In this document: positions 38,891 to 55,159 of the stretch, piece after piece
Numbering within the stretch: position 1 is the first letter of the stretch
Layout of the letters: each line of letters starts with the position of its first letter
Notes under the pieces: model-generated
Databases searched by the model: none
Told to the model about the DNA's origin: nothing
The model's input: only the letters and a program-made list of their open reading frames with translations
Program-made: the position numbers and the translations under genes
Assembly (NCBI GenBank): GCA_020891255.1
Contig: BQFW01000014.1
Span: 1,364,001-1,428,000, forward strand
DNA length: 64,000 nt
Direction of reading: 5' to 3'
Origin: Entomortierella parvispora E1425
Taxonomy: Eukaryota > Fungi > Mortierellomycota

Positions 38891-40238
38891 GCAGGTCGAT
38901 GAGGGAGATCTGCGCCGAGTCGGGGATGGTCCAATGGTTCAATGCAGTGCACAACTGAACGCCAAGGGAAAACCCTGCACGTGACCGGAGCTTTCACGCG
39001 TCTTTTTTTTTTTTCTTCGATGCCCAAACGTGCCATTTGGGCAAGGTACTTGGGTCTCCTTCATGCAATACGGTAGAGATATCATGTCGGTGTCGGTGCT
39101 GCTTATGTAAACAGCACTCTATTGCGATCGCAATTGATCTACAGGTTTGACCAAGGAAAAACCCAAACACCGGCAGTTGCACTTCTTCCGAAGCAATTGG
39201 GGCGAAGCAAAAGATCCCTCCAAAACGTCAATGATGCTTTCCAACGAAAAAAAATAAAAAATAGAAGAGGTGTGATCTACCCCTATTCCCCCTTTGTATT
39301 TTCGTATGAAGGGTTGCGCACATTGACCACGCGTGACACCTGCACTTTGCGAAATCCCTTCTTCCTCTTTTTTGATAGCATCATCATTATCATGGCCTTC
39401 TCTTGATCATCGTTACTATTCTCCCTGCTGAGCTCTTATTATTCAATAGATGATCAGCCCTGACCCCTTGGCTTCGCTTCTGTCCACGGCCCTTTATTGG
39501 ATTCGATGGTTTCCTTTGGAGTCTAGCAGCCTGCCCTGCTTCAGACAGAACATCGCTGTCGGCCCTTCCCACTGGGTCAGGTCAGTAACAACAACGTGAT
39601 GGGTTATGAAGAATATCTGTTATAAAGCCAAGAAAGAAGAATGAGAAAGAAAGTCAGATCACACAGGAGACAGCAGTGCTGCGTGGCGGTGAGTCTCAGA
39701 GTTGGCTGAGTCCTTTCAGGCCTTAGAAGAAGGGCCGCAGAAGCCGACCCAACGTCGTCATAGTCTTCGCAAAGTATTTTGCCATACTGACTCTTCCGTG
39801 GGCTGTCCACACATGAGTCGGTTCGTCCCTTGATGTATTCGCCAGGGGGGTTGGATTGCGCACTGCCGTTTGATTTCCTGCAGCCACTTCGACCCGGCCG
39901 CTCTGCCACGAAAGCGCATGGCATCGATGTCAACAAAAAGGGCACACCGAAAATGGCCACGGTCCCAAAAACGACCCATTTCCCTCTTTTTTGTTTTTTT
40001 TTACCTTCCACTGTCCCTTTTGTTTCTTTGAGCACCTCTTTTCCCTTCGTCCAATTCTCTGTCGAAGTACCCTCACCACGCCTTGATTCCCAGTTGAGCG
40101 CCATACTTCCTTCTTTTCCTCTCCACGGCGCTCCAAAGTAGTTACTCAAGCAATCCGTTGCTGGTCTTCACATAGACCTACCATCCATCCACCGATACTC
40201 ACCCTCTGTCCTCAGCTCGCCACTTGTTGCCACTCACC

Positions 40239-40269
<31 letters not shown>

Positions 40270-40405
40270 AGCTCAGCAACCCCCTTGGTTCAAAAGGAGG
40301 CTATCCAGGGTCCGCAGCACCATTACTTCCTCTCAAACCCTTTGAACCTCTCCTTCTTCCTTCGCCTTTAATCACTTACGTACATATAATCCTTATTTTT
40401 TCATA

Positions 40406-43592
<3,187 letters not shown>

Positions 43593-44025
43593 ATCTATGG
43601 CAGCGAAGAACAAACATCCAACCCACAATAATCCCGCCCCTGCCCTTCTTTCTTTTTTATACAAAAGAAGACGAGAGCGACAAGCACAACTGCCGGAAAC
43701 TTTAGGAGAAAAGATGGCGATTCGTTCGACCGTCCAACTCAGTCTTTCTGGTCCAGTTCTGCAGGATTTGTGGAGACGCTTTTTTGTATGTTCCAAGCAC
43801 GATGCCATTTCAAACCCCCCTCAAAAAGCGTCAAAACCCCTTTGCTTTCCTTTTTACGTTGGTAATATATCCCCTGGTTTTGTTCAATGGTAGATAGGGG
43901 ACATTTTGCTGCCATTAAAGTTGTTTATAGTTTATAATACAAAAACTGAAGTGCTCTTCCGCTCGACCATTGCCGGGACAGGGTCGGTTCGATTGCCAGT
44001 TCGGGGCTGAGGGCGTTTGGCGGGA

Positions 44026-46010
44026 CTATACCATGTTCTTGGGTACGGTTGTTGTAATGGTCTACAATAAAGAACAGCCAGACACATGTGTTAGTCTAAT
44101 CCTCTAAAAAGCATGATGTGAAGTCCCCAAAAGCTCTTACCTCGCTGCAGTACGGACAAAGCCCAAAAAGAGTTTGAAAGCTCTGTCGCGTTGTGTGAAC
44201 AGATCGAAGCCACTGAAAGGAAAATTCACATAGTCGTTGTAAGTACAAAGTCAAAAACGATCAATAGTCATCCAGGAGAGACGAAAAAAGTGGCCATTCT
44301 TTACCTCGTAAAGGCACACTTTGTGAAAGGGCTGCTGGCATTTTGCATGGCTGCAAAGTTGATCGGGGACTTGACCATCGTACCGAAAGGAATAGCAGAT
44401 TCCACACTCAATGTTCATGTCCTCCTTAGAAACGTTGACTGGAGATGGGAATCCATCTGCTAGCTCGAGAATGACTTCCAGGTTCTCACGAGGAAGCTTG
44501 GTAATGTCCCTATTTCAAGCAATAAAACCGTAGACCGTTCAGCCGCTATTTCTACAGCAATGACACGTAGAGGCGAAAGGCAGTTATGTAACAGTTACCA
44601 TAAGCCAGAGTTCTGAAACAGTTTGGTCCGCACTGGCTCAACGCTGGCTACAGGACCAAAGAGTCGTGTTTCGGGTATATTTCGTGGTAAAAGTGGATCC
44701 ACAGTTATCTGAATCGAACAATGATTTCCCAGAGCACAACGACGCATACAATCCGCCTTGGTCGGCCTTTCAGGGTCAATCACCCATGAATTACTGTCAA
44801 AGTCCTGCATCACATCCCAAAAAGGCCGGAATATCTCCAATTGCTAGGATAGTGACAAAAATTCACAGTAAGTCCCATGTTAGGTCATTGTTTGTATTCC
44901 CATCTCACGTCTCAAGTGAGATGAATGCATCCATGGGATTTTACCTTCTCAGCTTGCTTAACGGCCGATGTCAAATTCACTCCTTCTGCAACTGAGAATA
45001 TCTGGCCACGTCCCTCCCATTGCTGATCAGAGTCGCACGTTGGTATCTCCAATGGGTTTAGCTTAAAAGGGACAACGGGATATCCAGGCGGAAACTCAAC
45101 CACGATTTTGTGCCTCCTTTGAGAACCATCACTATTTTGAAGTACAAAGACACATAGTAGTCCATGTCAGTGGATGCTCTCACATTAAGCCAAAGTTACT
45201 GTCGTGAAGTTGGTACCTAAGATCAACTTCTGCAAGGTGGAGATCTGGACTGAGATGAGAGACCCTGTCCCATCCTAGAGCATCAATCTGTGCCATAATG
45301 CTTGACCAGTAGGTGACCGAGTTTTCCTTTTGCTCTTTACTATCGGCCGAGCTGAGTATGCTCTCCTGGTTGACATCAAAGAACGACAAAAAAATGTTGG
45401 TCAGGCTGCTCAACTGGGAAAGGAAAATGTACCGATCACACAATTGTTGCAGACAGCTTTACCAGAGTGTCCACTAGTTCGATCAAAAAGTCTTCCATGG
45501 ACGCAGCTTCCTCCATTTTCTATTAATCGAAGGGGAGGGAAAAAAAAACAGGTTTTGGATGTGAACATCGGCTGATCGTTCGACCGTTTCTGTCAGTATT
45601 TAATAGCAACGGATTGAGTGCTACAGATAGTTTACCTGTTGCAATTGTGCCTCACGCCCTTCCAGAAGCTGCCAAAGCTCCTGATTTCCTGCAAGAGATC
45701 CTTTGCTGCTTGACAGGGCTCTTTGAGGTACCACTGCCGTTGAGCTTGGTCCTGCAGTGCTGTGGAAGATGCTGTTGTCCTTTGTGCTGGTCGATCTCCT
45801 TTCTAAGCCTGTCTTCGGCATCTCTATGCAGAGTTCCAGTTCTCTGTCCTACAAACATGTCGGGTGCAGGAAACATCGTGTCAGTCTCGTTTCTCAGTTG
45901 AAAATTGGTGGCGTCGACCTCCTCGAAGGACATGTTACCATGACAGTCAAGAACCCATGGTAGACTGGTGGACTGGCACTCCATTGCACCAGCAGCGGGA
46001 ATGCATGCAT
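44026..46010 (-). CDS. FANCL: Fanconi anemia E3 ubiquitin ligase FANCL (ELF-DRWD-RING), multi-exon
   Basis: N-terminal MHAFPLLVQW..YHGFLTV; WSSIMAQIDALGWDRV; FWDVMQDFDSNSWVIDPERPTKADCMRRCALGNHCSIQITVDP; RING ECGICYSFRYDGQVPDQLC..CQQPFHKVCLYE|WLRS..QSFQTLFGLCPYCSE. Confidence 0.88.
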
Positions 46011-46432
46011 GGAAGGCGGAGGAGGGCGGCGGAAGGAAGAAAGGAGCCGCGAGTCAGCCTGTGTCTTGCGCCCACAACCGGATTCGTTCCAGGAAAGAAA
46101 GAGAAGAGTGAGAGTTCAAGAAGACGGCGTCATTGTTAATCCTCTTTTTTTTTGTTTTCTTCCCTTGCTCTTTTTTGGGACATTGCTGTCCATCAGTCAT
46201 CCCGCAGCCCCGCCTTGCACGCGCACAAGCCCATTCCTGTTTCTTTCCCTTTCCGCTGTTAGTCTGACCCATTCACTTCTTTTCTCTCGTCTCCCCATTC
46301 TCGTGACAAACACGCCTCCTCGGCTGACCAACACTTACGTTCCCTCGACGCCACATCCTCTCTTCTTTCCTTATCCCTTCACCAACAAACTCGTAACCGC
46401 ACCCTCCTCGTGTCACTTTCAATACTTCAAGA

Positions 46433-46897
46433 ATGGCCTCGGCTATCGCCCCTCCCGCCTCTCTCGGTCTTGTCTCTGGCTCTGCCTTCTCTTCGGCCTC
46501 TCCTGCTGTCCTCGAACAAATGTTGGACACTCTCGATGTCGAGTCCCTCGAAAAGGAGCTCGAGCGCCTTCAACGGGCCACCCAACAACTTGTCCAATCC
46601 AACAAGGAAATCGAAGAATTTATTGAACTTGAACAGCAGGATCTCTTGGCTCACCACCAAAACCAAAAGGAACTCGGTCTGACGAACGAGGAGCATAGCT
46701 CGGTTGAGCCAGATCCCGAGTTTGTGTTGGCGATCGAGGAGAACAAGGAGGTGATAGAGAAGTATGAGCGAACCTGTGTACATCTGAAGACTGCTATTCA
46801 AAAGAAACGAGGCGTTTCGTCCGCTCAGTATGGTTCCGTAGAATCTACGGCTCAAGGGGAGACGGAAGCCGAGGTGGAGGGCGGTGTGTTTCTATGA
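46433..46897 (+). CDS. Small acidic coiled-coil hypothetical protein, 154 aa, single exon
   Basis: Coherent ORF with coding-like codon usage: SLEKELERLQRATQQLVQSNKEI..DPEFVLAIEENKEVIEKY..GGVFL*. Confidence 0.75.
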   Translation: MASAIAPPASLGLVSGSAFSSASPAVLEQMLDTLDVESLEKELERLQRATQQLVQSNKEIEEFIELEQQDLLAHHQNQKELGLTNEEHSSVEPDPEFVLAIEENKEVIEKYERTCVHLKTAIQKKRGVSSAQYGSVESTAQGETEAEVEGGVFL

Positions 46898-47316
46898 AAG
46901 AATAGACCTCCTTTTTAATAAAATCAAACAGATGCACCCAAGTCCAAGCACGAACGCGCCAATGTTCTGGTGGCAGTTGGACCAGCTTTAAGTAAGCGGT
47001 GGTATTGAGGGACTCGGGGTTCCAATGAAGTAGGGTACAGAAGAGTCCCTTCAAAGAGCTGGCTGCAATCTGCGCTGCAGGCTTTCAAAAAGCACCCACG
47101 TGACTGAATCCGATCCAAGCCACAATCGTAAACATTTCTTTTTTCTTTTTTTTTGTAGCCACCATAGTGCCTTCACGTTAACAGGCAAACCATCGTCGAC
47201 CCTTGTCCCATTAGTTCATCTCTTTGCATTCTCGCTCTTTCGACCTCTTTCTCATTCTCGCACTGCCTGCAGTCCAAACTTTCGCATCACCCACCTTAAC
47301 ATAGACACAGAACCCG

Positions 47317-49428
47317 ATGGTGGAGAAAAAGAAAGAAAAGAAGGACCCCGTCTTGGCCATCGTGCCAAAGTATGCCCGAGGCAATGCCCATGAGGCTTTG
47401 GATGGTGTCAATGTAAATGACTTGCTCAAACACAAATACCACCTTCCTCTTTCGTTGCCATCCCTACTCTCGGCCTCAGACGATTGACTATAACGAGAAA
47501 CCGCTTCTAACCGACACCTTTTTTTTTTTTTTTTTTTTTTTTTGGAACCAACAGAAACTCGAAAACAAAAAGTTGAAGGGCACCATCAAGCGGAGAGAGA
47601 AGCAGTTCAAGGAAGCCGCCTACAAGGCTGCCTCGTCCGAGCTTTTGTTGACAGAAGAAGGAGGATATCTGGAGCCTGAGGGCATTGAGAAGACCTATCA
47701 ACTCACTCAGAGTGCCTTGAAGAAGGAGGTCGACATTTCGACGGCCCACAAGATGTTCACGTTGGATCTGAAGTTTGGACCTTACTCGATCGACTATACC
47801 CGGAACGGTCGTCATCTGTTGATCGGAGGAAGGAAGGGACATGTGGCAGCTTTTGACTGGCAGGCTGGAAAATTGGCTTGCGAGTTGCAGCTGAGAGAAA
47901 CCGTTCGTGATGTCAAGTACGAGCCATTTCCATTTCTCTGCTCATGCTGTTGTTTTCGCCAGACGATTTTTGGCAACGGATCAAGGGTCTTTTGGTCATT
48001 CAATATCAGACTTGTTAACCTTTGTCTCATTGTTTCCTTTATCCTACTCTTTTAGGTGGCTCCACAACGAGACCTTGTTTGCGGTGGCACAAAAGAAATA
48101 CGTCTACATCTACGACAAGACGGGAACGGAAATCCATTGCTTAAGAAACCATATCGAAGTCAACAAGCTCGACTTTTTGCCATACCATTTTTTGCTCGCC
48201 TCAGTCGTAAGTGCTCCAAGTTTCCGTTTTATCGAGTTTTCCTGGGGAAACGGGTTGTTTTACTCACGGCCATTGATCGCTGTCGTTCAATTATCTAATC
48301 ATTTCCGTCCTTTTCTTTTTCTAAATCAGGGCAACGCAGGATACCTCAAATACCAGGATACATCAACCGGAAAGTTGGTAGCAGAACACCGTACTAAGCT
48401 TGGAAAGTGTGATGTCATGACCCAGAACCCCGCCAACGCCATCATGCACTTGGGACACGGCAACGGAACGGTCACACTCTGGTCTCCCAATATGACCACA
48501 CCTTTGGTCAAGATGCAGTGCCATCGTGGACCTGTCACAGCCATGGCCATTGACCACGCTGGAAAGTACATGGCCACGGCAGGATTGGATGGACAGTTGA
48601 AGTTGTGGGATCTCAGGAGTTATAAGCCTATGCAGGAGTACTTCACACCCACGCCCGCATCCTCGCTCTCAATCTCTCAAAGAGGATTGTTGGCCGTTGG
48701 ATTCGGACCTCATGTGAGCGTATGGAAGAACCCCTTCACGACCAAGCAAACATCACCTTATATGAGCCATCTTCAACCTGGCTCGCCAGTGCATGATGTC
48801 GAGTTTGTGCCATTTGAGGATGTGCTTGGATTCGGTCATCGTTCTGGCATCAGCAGTATTGTCGTTCCTGGTGCAGGAGAGGCCAACTTTGATGCATTGG
48901 AGGCCAACCCCTTCCAGACAAAGAAGCAGAGACAGGAGATGGAGGTTCATGCTCTTTTGGACAAGATTCAACCCGAGATGATCACCTTGGATGTGGAGCA
49001 TGTGGGCAAGATGGACAAGGCCCCTATCCAGGTCATCAACAAGGAAAAGAAGGAGGCTTGGGCTGCCGCCAACCCAGAACAGGCCACAGAGCTGAAGTTC
49101 AAGGCTCGTGGCAAGAACTCTTCTTCGCGTCGTCATCTCAGAAAGAAGGCCAAGAACGTGATCGATCAAAAGAAGGTACGAATGATCCCCCTCCTCTATG
49201 AACCGAATATCAATGATTGCAAAAAAAAAAAAAAAAAAAAAGTGACAACTCGATCTTTTGAAGCCATCTTGAGTGCTAACATTTATTCTTGTTTTTGTTT
49301 CTTTTTAGGTCGATCTCTTGGAGAGAATCGAAAACGACAAGAAGGAGCGTGCCAAGAGGAGAGCAGGCAACCCCGACGAACCAGCAACGGCACTGGATCG
49401 TTTCTCGGGCAAGAAGAGGAAGCTGTAG
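47317..49428 (+). CDS. UTP7: U3 snoRNP / SSU processome WD40 protein Utp7 (WDR46, BING4 C-terminal domain)
   Basis: ELLLTEEGGYLE; FGPYSIDYTRNGRHLLIGGRKGHVAAFDW; WLHNETLFAVAQKKYVYIYD; GHGNGTVTLWSPN; SSIVVPGAGEANFDALEANPFQTKKQRQEMEVHALLDKIQPEMI. Confidence 0.94.
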
Positions 49429-49920
49429 ATGAATCTCATTTAATTACATTCATAAAAAGACAACCCTTGCATTTCATCATACAAACCAGTCAATGGCTTT
49501 ACAGACATTGTCGCTAGAGTATTGACGACTAACATCAACATGCCTTTTATTGACATCTTATAAAGGCAGGCCACGCCGCCGTTCACCTGCAGCCTCCGTT
49601 GTCAAAATGAAAGGCTACCTCAGACTTCTCAAATGACTTCCGTGAAGTTGGCAAAGTGTCCAAACCATGTTTAACCATAGTTGTGGCGATCAATGACTGC
49701 CCCTACAATCTCGAAAAACAGACAGTATTTATTTATATTTTTTTGGGATTTTTACAAGACTTGGAATGTATCGTCTATGATGTTCTGCATGGCATGAATA
49801 ATTTCACTTTTTTTTTAAAACAAAAGCAAACCTCTTTGGAGATTCGTCTCTTCAAGTTCCTCTATCAATCCTCAGGGGTGACGGGGAGCGGCGGGTAGTG
49901 TCCAGGGAGACTGATCTTAT

Positions 49921-52900
49921 TTACACAACGACCAAGTGCATCAAGGATTTGAGACGGGTCAAGTTCACAAGCCAAGGAGGCAAGTGACGCTCACCCTCGA
50001 GGTCGACATCACGAATCTCGGGTGTCTCGAACGATCCAGCATCCTCCAGGGAGATCGCGTCCAGCATCAGGGTATCATTCTTCTCGTTCGCGGCCACACG
50101 CTGGGCAATGGCCTTGATCAGATCGGGGCTGACGGGAACCTCATAGTCGGCAATCATGTAGTTCTGAACCAGCTTTTGGACTTGGGTAGGCGTCAGCATC
50201 CAGCAGACATCATAGATAATCTCGATATCGTTGTGAGATGCCTTCTTGAGCTGCAAAAGCTTGGTCGCCTGCATGAGATGCTCGAGCTGAAGAGTGCCCT
50301 CAGGCAGGTCGTGACCCTTGCACCACTCCTCAATACGAGTGATGTTGTACTGAATCTGCATAGCACGCTTCCATGTGCAGAAGTTGCGACGCATCAACAG
50401 GTCGTTGAATCCAGTGACACCAACCATCTTCAGAAGCTCAGTCATCACTTGACGCACAACAGAGTGCTCAACATAGTAGCAGCTCATGGCCTTCCAGATC
50501 TTGTTGAACAGCATCAGGAGGTCGTCCATGCTGAAGGTAGGTCCGGATCCAATCAACTTGTTGAAGAAACGTCCAGAGTCGTTGGTGATGAATCCAGGAA
50601 GGGCCTGACTCTCAATGATGGCGGGGATAATCATCTTGTTCAGCTGCTTCTTGAGCGACTTCATCCAGACATGGAAGATGTTGTACTCGAGGCACTCCAA
50701 CTCGTACTTGACAGTCGACACCAGTTGTTCGTACTCGGCCCAGTCATAATCCTCACCGCAGCGAGCAATCAGCTCCTCGCGGGTAATCTCCTGTTCACTA
50801 ATGCAGATCAGGGACAAGAGCTCATGGACGTTCGACAACCAGTAAGCGCAAGGGATGATAGTATCGTCTCCAACGATAGCCATAGACTGCTGCTGAATGG
50901 CCTGCATGACGTTGATCATGAGACGCTCCGACTCCTTGACATAGCCATACTTCCACATCTGAGTGGTCAACAGACCAATCAAGTGGGCTGGGAACATGAT
51001 CTCCTTGATCAAGGGCAAGTTGGACAAGCTAGGCGAAGGGATCTTCATGTTCTTGATCAGTCCACTCAAAATCTCTTCTTGCAAACCCTCTTCGTCCTCC
51101 AAGATTCTCATGATCTCCACTTCGGGCTGCTCAATCAAGCTATGGATGCTTGGGCGAGAGCGGGGCATACGGCGAGCCCAGTCATCGCCCGACATGGTCT
51201 TGGCTGTTCGACTGTGATTATCCAAGTTGTCAAAGACACTGTTGGTGGTCTTCTGGGGCTTGAAGAGCACACCGTTCTCAAGTGCAGCAATATCGGGAGT
51301 GCTGTTGCTGCGGTTGCGGTTGGCCTTGGGTACAGAGGACTTTGCACCGTTGGTGTGGGGAATAGGCACTGCAGCGGGGAGGGTAGTGACAGTCTTGTGG
51401 GGGGCCTCCTTGGTGAACGAGTAAGAGTTCTCATACTTGTCAATGGTACCTTGGGCCAACTGATTATGGATCGAGTGGGCCGTATGGGACTGAGGGATCG
51501 CGGCGTTGTTGCTCGTTGGGGGGGAAAGCACCTTCGACGTGACTGGGAAGCTTGAAGTGTCGCGTCCAGTAGCTTTTGACAGCTGAGCTAACTGCTCGCG
51601 GACGTATTGGTTTTCGCGCTTCAGGGCAGTGACCGTCTCCGAGTCCTCGGGCTTGACCTTGGCCTGGGCTGCCAACTTCAGAATGTCTTCTTTGGTCTTG
51701 GCGAGATTCTCGGTGAGCTTGGCGATCTCTTGATCCAAGCTCCTGTTCTTTTCGACTGCCTCGTTGTACTTGGACTGGAGTTCCTGGTTGGCTGCCTTCA
51801 AGAGCTCGAACTCGTTCTTGGGAACAGTAGGATTCTCCGCAGCATGGGCAATCTCTTTCGACTTCGACTGTTGTGATAATTCGTACTTTTCTTTCCACGA
51901 CCGGACCTGGGATTCGAGTGCCACCACTTGGGAATCGAATTGTTTGTTCTGCTGATGCGCCAAGTCCAGAGCTCGCGTCAGCTCCACCACTTTTCCCTCC
52001 AGGCGATAAGAAACTTCCTTCAAGTGATCCACAGACCGAGCCTCGGCCTTGAGCGCCAAAAGCTCCTTGCGAGCCTTGTTGCGGCGAATGCACGACTGAA
52101 CCAAAACAACCGCGCGAACCTCCTTCTTGTACTGGCGGCGCGCCATGATACCGCGCCAAATTTGCTGGATCTTGGTGGCTCCAGCGTTCTCACGCATGTG
52201 CTGGTAAGCAATACGGGCTTGCTTGGCACGGATAGCGCACTGAAGACGGAGGACAGTGTTGCGAGTCTCGACGTATTTCTTGCGCTGGACATAGCCACGC
52301 AAGAAGGTCTGCAACAAAATAGCAGAGCGTTCCTGGCGAAGGGAGCGAGCCTCCTTTTGAGCATGGATCTTGCGAGCAAAGCACTGAATCTTGATGGCGG
52401 CGTCGCGGATGCGGATGTACTTTTTGCGAGCCACAAAGCGGCGCATGTTCTTTTGGATCAGGGTGGCGTAGGCGTTCAATTTGTCTGTGCGAAGCTTCTC
52501 CATGTACGCCAACAGACCAGCGCGGAAGAAAATCTTTGTAAGACCGACTTGATACTTGTCGGCCTCCTTGATGGTGGCTTCAAGAATGGCAGAGCACATC
52601 TTTTGAGTATCGAAGCCCCAATGCTCAGAGTTGACAAGCATGTAGTAACGCTCCACAAACTCGGGGAAGGACCAGCGTGATGGGTAACCGGCGCAGGAGA
52701 TACGAATTGTCTCCAAAACACCGCAAGCACGCAGCTGTCCGAGAACCATGGGGGCATCAAACACCCAGGGCTGCTTGGCCTCATTGGGCTTGAGACAGCG
52801 GATATAGTGGACATTGGTCGAGTTGATTGTATCCATAAGCTGGATAAGAGATCCCTTGAAGATAGATCCGAGTGTGGGCTTTCTGTTGATGACACTCTTG

Positions 52901-55159
52901 CGCTTGTCCTCGGTCAACTATAGGAGAGAATGAAGATAACAAGGTCAGGCTCTGTTCTCGTCATCCATCTATGCCATTAATGCGATCAGCTGCACTTTCA
53001 CGAGAACTTACACTGCCTCCTGCACCAAGAGTGGCACTGGTCATAAGAACCTCCTCCAAGAACTCGTTGTCAGAGTTCTTGATCAAGTTCAACAACTCGT
53101 CAGGAAGAGTATCGCGATTCTTCTCCAAGAAACCGTCACAGTCGTAGGTAACATCGTGAGCGTAATGTGAGATGGTGAAGGCCGAGTTGGAGAAACGAGG
53201 CTTGGTGAACCACTTCTTGTGCTTCTCAGTTCCGAGCTGTGAGAACAACTTGTTGCACCAACCCTGGTCCGAACCAGAGGGCATGCGACTCTCCTCGTCC
53301 AAGAGCGAAAGCACTCCGAGCTTTCCTTCAATCATCTCGATACAGGGCTGGTTATCGCTGAACTCGATGAACTTCCAGTCAATCTTCTCGCGGACATACT
53401 CTTCTTGCTCGAGCTTGAAGACATGCTGGTTGAATTCTTGCTGCAGCTTCTCGTTGGCATAGTTAATACAGAACTGTTCGAACGAGTTCTTCTTGAAATG
53501 CTCGAAACCGTAGATATCCAAGACACCGATAAAGGAGTGGATTCTGCTGGCAACAGCCTCGCTCGACAAGCTGGCATTGATGTTGTTCACAAGCCAGTCA
53601 AAGAGCGAAGAGTAGATGTACTTTGCAACAGAGTCACGAACAATCAAACTCTGGTCCGGCTTCAGGCTGGAGACGATCTTTTCCGAGCGAGTGACGATCT
53701 GCTTCTTCACAAGCCATTTCTTGAACTCGGTCAAAGGAATACCAAGGACGCGGGTCGCTGTGATCAAGGAAGGATCATCATCCGAGATCATAGCATCGTT
53801 ACGACCTGTAACCTGGATGTTACCGATGTGAAGAAGGGCAGCAAGGAGCCGGAAAATGTACCATTGGACCTGGACAGAGATACCGATTGTGGAAAGGGCA
53901 CGTTGGGTGATTTCGAATTCAGCAGCGTCGTCAACACCATTGATGACGCTGACTCCGCCCTGTCGCAAGTAGGCAAACTGTTGAATTGACTGCAAGTCGA
54001 GCTCTTTCTTCTCCGATGGAGGTGCACCGGCCACAAGCTGGTAAAAGATATGGTAGTTTCGCTCCAATTCAGGCTGGTAAACGAGACGGGACCGCTCCAA
54101 CAAGTAGGTTCTGATTTTGGCACCGATAATGTTACGCTCCTTGTCGAACTGGATCTCAGTGAATTTACCAAAGCGGGAGGAGTTGTCGTTACGGGTGGTT
54201 TTGGCGTTACCAAAGGCTTCCATGATAGGGTTGGTAGCCAAAATCTGCTCCTCAGTCTCGCTCATTCCGGCCTTGGACGCGTCCTTGCCACGATCACTAT
54301 CGTCGGCGGTGGCAAAATAACGCATGATGAACTTTGCACTGACGGTTTTACCGGCACCACTATGAGAGTGAAGTGTAGAGGAGAAAGTGTGAGTATATGA
54401 GCTTTGCATAAAAGACGCCTTCAGGTATCAAGAAATGGTACCTCTCTCCAGAGACAACAATGGTCTGGTTCTTCTCGTCGCGGATCATGCAGCGATAAGC
54501 ATCTTCGGCAATGGCAAACAAATGGGGCTCCAGTTCACCACGTCTCCTGCCAGAGTAGGCTTGGATGATGTCCTGAGTATAAAGGTTGACGCGAGCGAAA
54601 GGATTTGCGGCAATCAGGACGATTCCAGAGTATGTGTAGATATTGCAGTGTGAGTAACGGGTCTTGATGTTGCTCAACACTAAAGTGCAGGAGGAGAAAA
54701 AAGGGCATCAGGATAAGGTTAGAGTCCCAGTTGCAATCAGACCAGTAGCGTTGCATTGCCGATGCGGGTGCAGGCCTTACCAGCGGGTTCGTTCAGGTAC
54801 GACAGATTCGTCAGATCTTCTGTGCCCTCCAGAAGAGGGGGGTTACGCATGGGGGGCAGGGTTGTATTGTTGGTCTCTTCGATCTTGGCGAGCGTTGAGG
54901 CGAAGGAATGTTCCTATTATTATTTCAAGATTATTTGCCATGTTTGCCATTGTTAGCGTAAAGAAAAGTGATTGGTCGTATGTTCTTGAACCTGTTATGT
55001 AGCAGTTGGTCTGGTTACCTTGCCGTTATCGTCCACAAAGGTCATTGTGACCTTTCCATCGGCAGCGACATCCTTGGTGCTCAAGGTGGCACTGATCCAG
55101 CCCTCCTTGTCGTCCGTGAACCAGCACTTTGTGCCCTTGACGTAGGTATCCAACGACAT
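49921..55159 (-). CDS. MYO2: Class V myosin heavy chain (motor, ~6 IQ motifs, coiled coil, DIL cargo domain)
   Basis: YVKGTKCWFTDDKEGW; IYTYSGIVLIAANPF; SGE|SGAGKT; NPIMEAFGNAKTTRNDNSSRFGK; LDIYGFE; QLRACGVLETIRISCAGYP; IQ repeats; DIL FNDLLMRRNFCTWKRAMQIQYNITRIEEW. Confidence 0.96.

Noticed and set aside
49936-51555. 539-aa plus-strand ORF (and other ORFs opposite myosin V)
   Set aside because: Antisense shadows of the myosin CDS.
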